DNA of 44,151 bases from Oscillospiraceae bacterium (GTDB lineage Bacteria > Bacillota > Clostridia > Oscillospirales > Oscillospiraceae). The notes below the pieces were generated by a model. It made no database searches, was not told the origin of the DNA, and saw only the letters and a list, made by a program, of their open reading frames with translations. This document shows positions 40,593 to 44,151 of the stretch, one piece after another; the first letter of the stretch is position 1, and every line of letters starts with the position of its first letter. The position numbers and the translations under genes are program-made. The stretch is from contig JAISAA010000263.1 in NCBI GenBank assembly GCA_031266955.1, forward strand, positions 1-44,151. The letters run 5' to 3'.

Positions 40593-40630
40593 AAAACCGC
40601 CTGCCCTCAACGGAGGGCAGGCGGTTTTTT
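40593..40630. terminator. Strong bidirectional intrinsic terminator
   Basis: AAAA-CCGCCTGCCCTC (40597-40608), loop AACG, GAGGGCAGGCGG (40613-40624), then TTTTTT (40625-30). This is a 12-bp GC-rich stem flanked by an A-tract and a T-tract, between stop 40587 (+) and stop 40629-31 (-). Confidence 0.85.
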
Positions 40631-41225
40631 ATATTACTCCGACCGGGAGGAGTGTATCAACATCCCATTGTATCGCCGTCATCCCCATAGAGCCCACGGT
40701 TTTTATCACGTTGTCGTCGTATTCCCCATACGGCGCGCGGAAAAGCGACGGGGTGACGCCGCACGCCGCGGCTATCTTTTCGTTCGCCTCGGCGATATTC
40801 GCTGTAATTTCGCCGGCGGACAGCTTGGTAAAATGCGCGTGGTCGTCCGAGTGGTTCATCACCTCGTGCCCGGCGTCGGCGAGCGCTTTTACAGATTCCG
40901 GATAGCGCTCCGCCCACGCGCCGACGACGAAAAACGTCGCCTTAACGCCATATTTGCCCAAAATGTCGATGAGCTGCTGCGTGTCCTCGTTGCCCCACGC
41001 CGCGTCGAACGTCAGGGAAACGGCCTTGCCGTCGCGTTCCACCGAGTAGACGGGCAGCGCGCGCGCCGTCGCCGAAGCGCCGACGACCGCGGGATGCGAC
41101 ACGACGGTGAATATCGCGGCGGCGGCAAGCACGCACCCCGCGGCGGCGAGCTTTCTGCGGCTGAGAGTGACGAACACCCTCGCAAATTTATCCTTCAACG
41201 CGTTCGGAAGCCTTGGACTGAACAT
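40629..41225 (-). CDS. NodB-domain polysaccharide deacetylase (PdaB-like), membrane-anchored, apparently C-terminally truncated
   Basis: 198-aa ORF with a GGGGGT RBS. It has an N-terminal anchor (LAAAGCVLAAAAIFTVV). NodB motifs present: LTFDAAWGNEDT (MT1 variant), NHSDDH (MT2) and FRAPYG (MT3). The ORF ends at IQWDVDTLLPVGVI*, where the family normally continues with D-W and a further ~50-60 aa including the final catalytic His motif. Confidence 0.6.
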   Translation of the reverse strand: MFSPRLPNALKDKFARVFVTLSRRKLAAAGCVLAAAAIFTVVSHPAVVGASATARALPVYSVERDGKAVSLTFDAAWGNEDTQQLIDILGKYGVKATFFVVGAWAERYPESVKALADAGHEVMNHSDDHAHFTKLSAGEITANIAEANEKIAAACGVTPSLFRAPYGEYDDNVIKTVGSMGMTAIQWDVDTLLPVGVI

Positions 41226-41435
41226 AAAAATACCCCCTGAATATTATTTTTCGGCGAGACCGGGCGAACGCGCCGTCCCGCGCGGCCCCGCCGTCATACT
41301 TTATGTACAAACCACAAGCCGTATGTGCGCCGCGAAAAAAGTGAAATTGATTTCGAGCAATTCCGAGGAAACGGGCGTAATCTTGCGAAAACGAGCGATT
41401 TTACCCTTCAGCTTAATAAAATTCGGAAAAAACTG

Positions 41436-41464
41436 TTGACAGGGGGCTCTCGCTGTGTTATAAA
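41436..41464 (+). promoter_or_regulatory. SigA-type promoter of the rplM-rpsI operon
   Basis: TTGACA (41436-41441), 17-nt spacer, TGtTATAAA extended -10 (hexamer 41459-41464). About 80 nt of leader precedes the AAGGAGAG RBS and ATG 41544. Confidence 0.65.
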
Positions 41465-41543
41465 TGCAGAGCACATTTCAGGATCGGCATAAGCGCGGGT
41501 CCTCAACACCAATGTTTTTAATATCAATAAGGAGAGTAAGAAA

Positions 41544-41975
41544 ATGTCAACCACACTTGCCAAACGGGAGACAGTCTCCCGCAAATGGTATGTCCTTGAC
41601 GCAAAGGGACGTCCGCTCGGACGCGTTGCGGCGCAAGCCGCCGTCATCCTGCGCGGCAAGCATAAGCCGGACTTTACGCCCAATGTGGACTGCGGCGATT
41701 TCGTCATTATAGTCAACGCCGCCGAGGCGGTGCTCACGGGAGACAAGCTCCGCCAGAAGTATTACCGCCGCCACAGCGGCTGGGTCGGCGGGCTGAAGGA
41801 AGTGCAATACAAAAAGCTGATGGAGACGCGCCCCGAGCTGGCGATGCGGCTTGCCGTCACCGGAATGCTTGCGAAGAATTCGATAGGCAGAGAGTCCGCG
41901 CGGCGTTTGCGCGTGTTCAAGGACTCAGAGCATATTCACGCGGCGCAAAAGCCCACCGCATGGAATATGGATTAA
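41544..41975 (+). CDS. rplM: 50S ribosomal protein L13
   Basis: 143 aa: RKWYVLDAKGRPLGRVAAQAAVILRGKHKPDFTPNVDCGDFVIIVNA...YYRHSGWVGGLKE is a diagnostic L13 sequence. Confidence 0.95.
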   Translation: MSTTLAKRETVSRKWYVLDAKGRPLGRVAAQAAVILRGKHKPDFTPNVDCGDFVIIVNAAEAVLTGDKLRQKYYRRHSGWVGGLKEVQYKKLMETRPELAMRLAVTGMLAKNSIGRESARRLRVFKDSEHIHAAQKPTAWNMD

Positions 41976-42011
41976 ACCAAAACGCGGAATAAAGGGAGGA
42001 CCTGAATAAAA

Positions 42012-42416
42012 ATGTATACAAGCAAAAAGCCTTATCTTTACGGCACGGGACGGCGCAAATCTTCCGTCGCTCGGGTACATCTGTTCCCCGGCGGGAACGG
42101 CGTCATCAAAATCAACGGACGCGATATCGACGATTATTTCGGGCTTGAGACGTTAAAGCTGCTCGTGCGGCAGCCGTTTGCCGTGACAGGCACGTCCGGC
42201 GGATACGATATCGAGGCTACCGTGTCAGGCGGCGGCGTTACGGGTCAGGCGGGCGCTATCCGGCACGGCGTGGCGCGCGCGCTCCTGCTTGTCGATGACA
42301 CGTTCAGGACGTCCCTGAAGGCGGCGGGGCTTCTGACCCGTGACCCGAGAATGAAGGAGCGTAAAAAATACGGGCTCAAGGCTGCTCGCCGGGCCCCGCA
42401 ATTCTCAAAACGCTGA
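42012..42416 (+). CDS. rpsI: 30S ribosomal protein S9
   Basis: 134 aa: [12 protein letters not shown]...[19 protein letters not shown]...[28 protein letters not shown] is a diagnostic S9 sequence. GGGAGG RBS and the conserved rplM-rpsI order support the call. Confidence 0.95.
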   Translation: MYTSKKPYLYGTGRRKSSVARVHLFPGGNGVIKINGRDIDDYFGLETLKLLVRQPFAVTGTSGGYDIEATVSGGGVTGQAGAIRHGVARALLLVDDTFRTSLKAAGLLTRDPRMKERKKYGLKAARRAPQFSKR

Positions 42417-42552
42417 AAGGGCTTGCGCATCGCTTTGGGGATGTTTGGAAAACGGAGAACGCTCTCCGTCCGAAAGGGCGGGGGGCGTTTTGATAATTGC
42501 ATAAAACGTGCCGGCTGGCCGGCACAGTGCGGGGGACGGTGGGACGGGGGTT

Positions 42553-42629
42553 TTTGCCGTGCGCGGCGTGGACGGGGGACGAGGGACGGAGGACGGGGGG
42601 GATTTGCCGTGCGCGGCGTAGGACGGGGG
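42553..42629. repeat. Two direct copies (50-nt period) of TTTGCCGTGCGCGGCGT(A)GGACGGGGG, separated by a GACGnnG heptad tract
   Basis: Copy 1 is at 42553-42578 and copy 2 at 42603-42629. Between them lie four heptads, GACGGGG GACGAGG GACGGAG GACGGGG (42571-42598). The + strand is G-rich and the - strand C-rich. Confidence 0.8.
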
Positions 42630-42640
42630 TTTGGAGGCGG

Positions 42641-43381
42641 CTAAGTTCCGTTGCGTAGTTTTTGTACGGCTTCGGCGATTTCGGGTTTGGCTTCGGACAT
42701 TAGCTCATCCCAGTTGCCGGCGTAGTGGTAGGTCGTTTCGGCGCCTGAGCGTATGCGGTTTATGTAGCCTGCGAACAGCTCGTAATCGCGCGCGTATACG
42801 TGGAAGCTGTTGGCGCGGTGGGTGTAGGAGCCGACCGGGACGCCGAGCTCGCACGCTATGCGCTGCTGCAGCATAATAAGCGCGAACGCGTTCATAAACG
42901 TCGCCTTCGCCGCGTCGTTCGAGCGGAATAGAGACTTGCAGTGCAAAGCCCCGCCGCGTATAAAATACTGCAAGGATTGCAGGCAGGCGGGGGAGCCGGA
43001 TTCCATATCATGCTTGTCGCGCGTCGATATCACCGCGCGGCGGGAATCGGGATTGCGGCGCAGCTCGCTGACGATCCACGGCAGCTGTCCCTCCATTCTG
43101 GCGTGGTACGTATACTCCCAATTGCCGCGCCCGACCTCAAAATCGAGTATGCCGTCAAGCATTTCCTGACGGTACTGCTCAAGCGAGCGCGGGTCGCCTA
43201 TAAAAAGCCGCGAAATAAGCGGCTCCGCGAGAGCGTCGGCGACGGTAAAGGTCATCGACGCTTCCTTTTGCTCTGTGTTATAATCCGGGCAGGGGACTGC
43301 GTCGTGGTCGTCCCACAGCGCCGCGAGCGCGTTGTGATACGCCTCCGGGAGAGTTTCGCCGCGAACAAAAAGCTCAAACAT
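42641..43381 (-). CDS. Thymidylate synthase-fold protein (short, ThyA-like / archaeal-type)
   Basis: 246 aa. DSRRAVIST aligns with the ThyA SRRxIxSAWN motif. SPACLQSLQYFI aligns with PPCHxxFQFYV (catalytic Cys). FRSNDAAKATFMNAFALIMLQQ aligns with QRSxDxxLGxPFNIASYALL. ANSFHVYARD aligns with GDxHLYxNH. GGAGGT RBS lies 9 nt before ATG 43381. Confidence 0.6.
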   Translation of the reverse strand: MFELFVRGETLPEAYHNALAALWDDHDAVPCPDYNTEQKEASMTFTVADALAEPLISRLFIGDPRSLEQYRQEMLDGILDFEVGRGNWEYTYHARMEGQLPWIVSELRRNPDSRRAVISTRDKHDMESGSPACLQSLQYFIRGGALHCKSLFRSNDAAKATFMNAFALIMLQQRIACELGVPVGSYTHRANSFHVYARDYELFAGYINRIRSGAETTYHYAGNWDELMSEAKPEIAEAVQKLRNGT

Positions 43382-43410
43382 ACAATATGACCTCCGCTGT
43401 TGTTGGAAGC

Positions 43411-43439
43411 ATTATATACGAGCGGCGCGGTGACGTCAA
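43411..43439 (-). promoter_or_regulatory. Near-consensus SigA-type promoter of the ThyA-like gene
   Basis: On the minus strand: TTGACG (43439-43434), 17-nt spacer, TATAAT (43416-43411). The -35 lies within the palindrome TGACGTCA (43431-43438). Confidence 0.6.
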
Positions 43440-43509
43440 GTGTCGCCGCGCGCACATTGCGGGCATTATTTCTAACGCTGTTATTGTGCCTGCGCGGTGA
43501 GCGGTTGCC

Positions 43510-43601
43510 CCGTCCCGTAGGGGCCGACGTCCTCGGCGGCCCGCCGTTCTCCGTCCACCGTCTACCGTCTACCGTCCCGTAGGGGCGAACTGCGTTCGCC
43601 C
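43510..43601. repeat. REP-like GC-rich repeats plus a CCGTCnn heptad tract
   Basis: An exact 15-mer CCGTCCCGTAGGGGC occurs twice (43510-43524 and 43572-43586). Five heptads, CCGTTCT CCGTCCA CCGTCTA CCGTCTA CCGTCCC, span 43544-43578. A hairpin GGGCGAAC-TGC-GTTCGCCC lies at 43583-43601. Confidence 0.8.
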
Positions 43602-43628
43602 GATTTCCCTGTGGTGTAGGCCTTTTTT

Positions 43629-44151
43629 CGCCTGCGCGGCGGGCGCCCCATTTCTTTGCCGAAAGAAATGGGGGAAAGAACGGCAAAAGGGGGTCTCCCC
43701 CTTTTGAAACCCCAAAATCGCGGGGGCTTACGGGGGTTGTTTGCGGTTGATGGGTGCGGCGCTGTCATTTTGGGACGGTATCGAAATTTGTATTGCTGTG
43801 GCACTCTGTATCAACACGCGAAGCGGCTCGTTTCGCTGCCGCCCTGCTGTGCGAACGGGAAGAACAACCCCCGCCCCTGCGGGGCACCCCCTTCTGAGAA
43901 GGGGGCATTTTCAGGAGGCATCTCAAGTCCCCTTCCGAGAAGGGGGTGGCGCGCAGCGCCGGGGGTTGTATCCCGCGTCCATCGTCCATCGTCCATCGTC
44001 CCGGGGGAAATCCAAAGGGGGGCGCGCCGCCCCTCTTTGTGTCGCTTTAAGGTGAGGGGTCCAGGGGAGAGGGAAATCGAAATCCCTCTCCCTTGGTCGT
44101 TCTTTCGCCCCTTTCTTTCGATAAAGAAAGGGGACGCCCGCCGCGCAGGCG
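43629..44151. repeat. ~520-bp non-coding unit bounded by 54-nt imperfect inverted repeats (MITE-like candidate); right repeat ends exactly at the window end
   Basis: The segment 43629-43682 matches the reverse complement of 44098-44151 at 48/54 positions, including an exact 17-mer CGCCTGCGCGGCGGGCG. Each arm contains its own hairpin: 43646-43673 (12-bp stem) and 44108-44133 (11-bp stem). Confidence 0.6.
43975..44002. repeat. Heptad tract (G/T)CGTCC(A/C), four copies
   Basis: GCGTCCA TCGTCCA TCGTCCA TCGTCCC, immediately followed by GGGGG. Confidence 0.85.

Noticed and set aside
9230-40610. Dozens of 60-415-aa ORFs in the other five frames inside the giant gene (for example 13759..14826, 15937..16887, 16957..18000, 26932..27972, 28252..29499, 37750..38937, 39726..40610)
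   Set aside because: All overlap the single coherent + frame. Their translations are R/V/A/G-rich with no domain signatures or start contexts. They are explained by GC3-biased codon usage suppressing stops on the opposite strand.
42553-42629. CRISPR-like direct repeats with a 50-nt period
   Set aside because: Only two copies are present. The 'spacer' is itself a heptad repeat, there are no cas genes, and the same motif family recurs dispersed. REP-like repeats are the better explanation.
42423-44055. ORFs in the GC-rich repeat regions (42423..42644, 42631..42876, 42858..43169, 42941..43390, 43252..43686, 43400..43582, 43562..43804, 43741..44055, 43765..43989, 43811..43996)
   Set aside because: Some overlap the ThyA-like gene in other frames or on the other strand; the rest are translations of hairpin and heptad repeats (G/R/P-rich). 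None has an RBS or a recognisable motif.

Overview
High-GC window with Gram-positive hallmarks: lipoboxes, a sortase-type sorting signal, SigA-like -35/-10 promoters and strong GGAGG ribosome-binding sites. A Clostridia-like origin is my inference only. About 72% of the window is one stop-free 31.8-kb gene (8803-40587, +). It encodes a ~10,594-aa secreted protein with a signal peptide, a long array of very divergent ~245-310-aa modules that share a three-part signature, and larger non-periodic domains. These are followed by five SdrD-B-like calcium-site repeats, a DUF11-like domain, a proline-rich stalk and a C-terminal MPGTG sorting signal. It lies 31 nt downstream of an orphan, membrane-anchored family-5 solute-binding protein gene. 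The pair appears to be driven by one near-consensus promoter through a ~230-nt leader with three perfect hairpins, and ends at a strong bidirectional terminator. That terminator abuts a NodB deacetylase gene that looks truncated at its 3' end. I consider this promoter-leader-SBP-giant unit the most interesting content. Other genes to the left: a partial TIGR03960-like radical SAM gene, a NodB deacetylase lipoprotein, a URO-D-superfamily protein, a C39-like cysteine peptidase lipoprotein, and a convergent pair of AAA/DUF4143 ATPases. To the right: rplM-rpsI and a short thymidylate-synthase-fold gene. The right end (42.4-44.15 kb) is rich in non-coding GC-rich repeats: CGTC-containing heptad tracts, REP-like hairpins, a 54-nt inverted-repeat pair showing a compensatory substitution, and a nested multi-hairpin element. 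No rRNA, tRNA, CRISPR array, transposase, integrase or sortase gene was recognised. All domain calls come from motif recognition by eye, not from searches.
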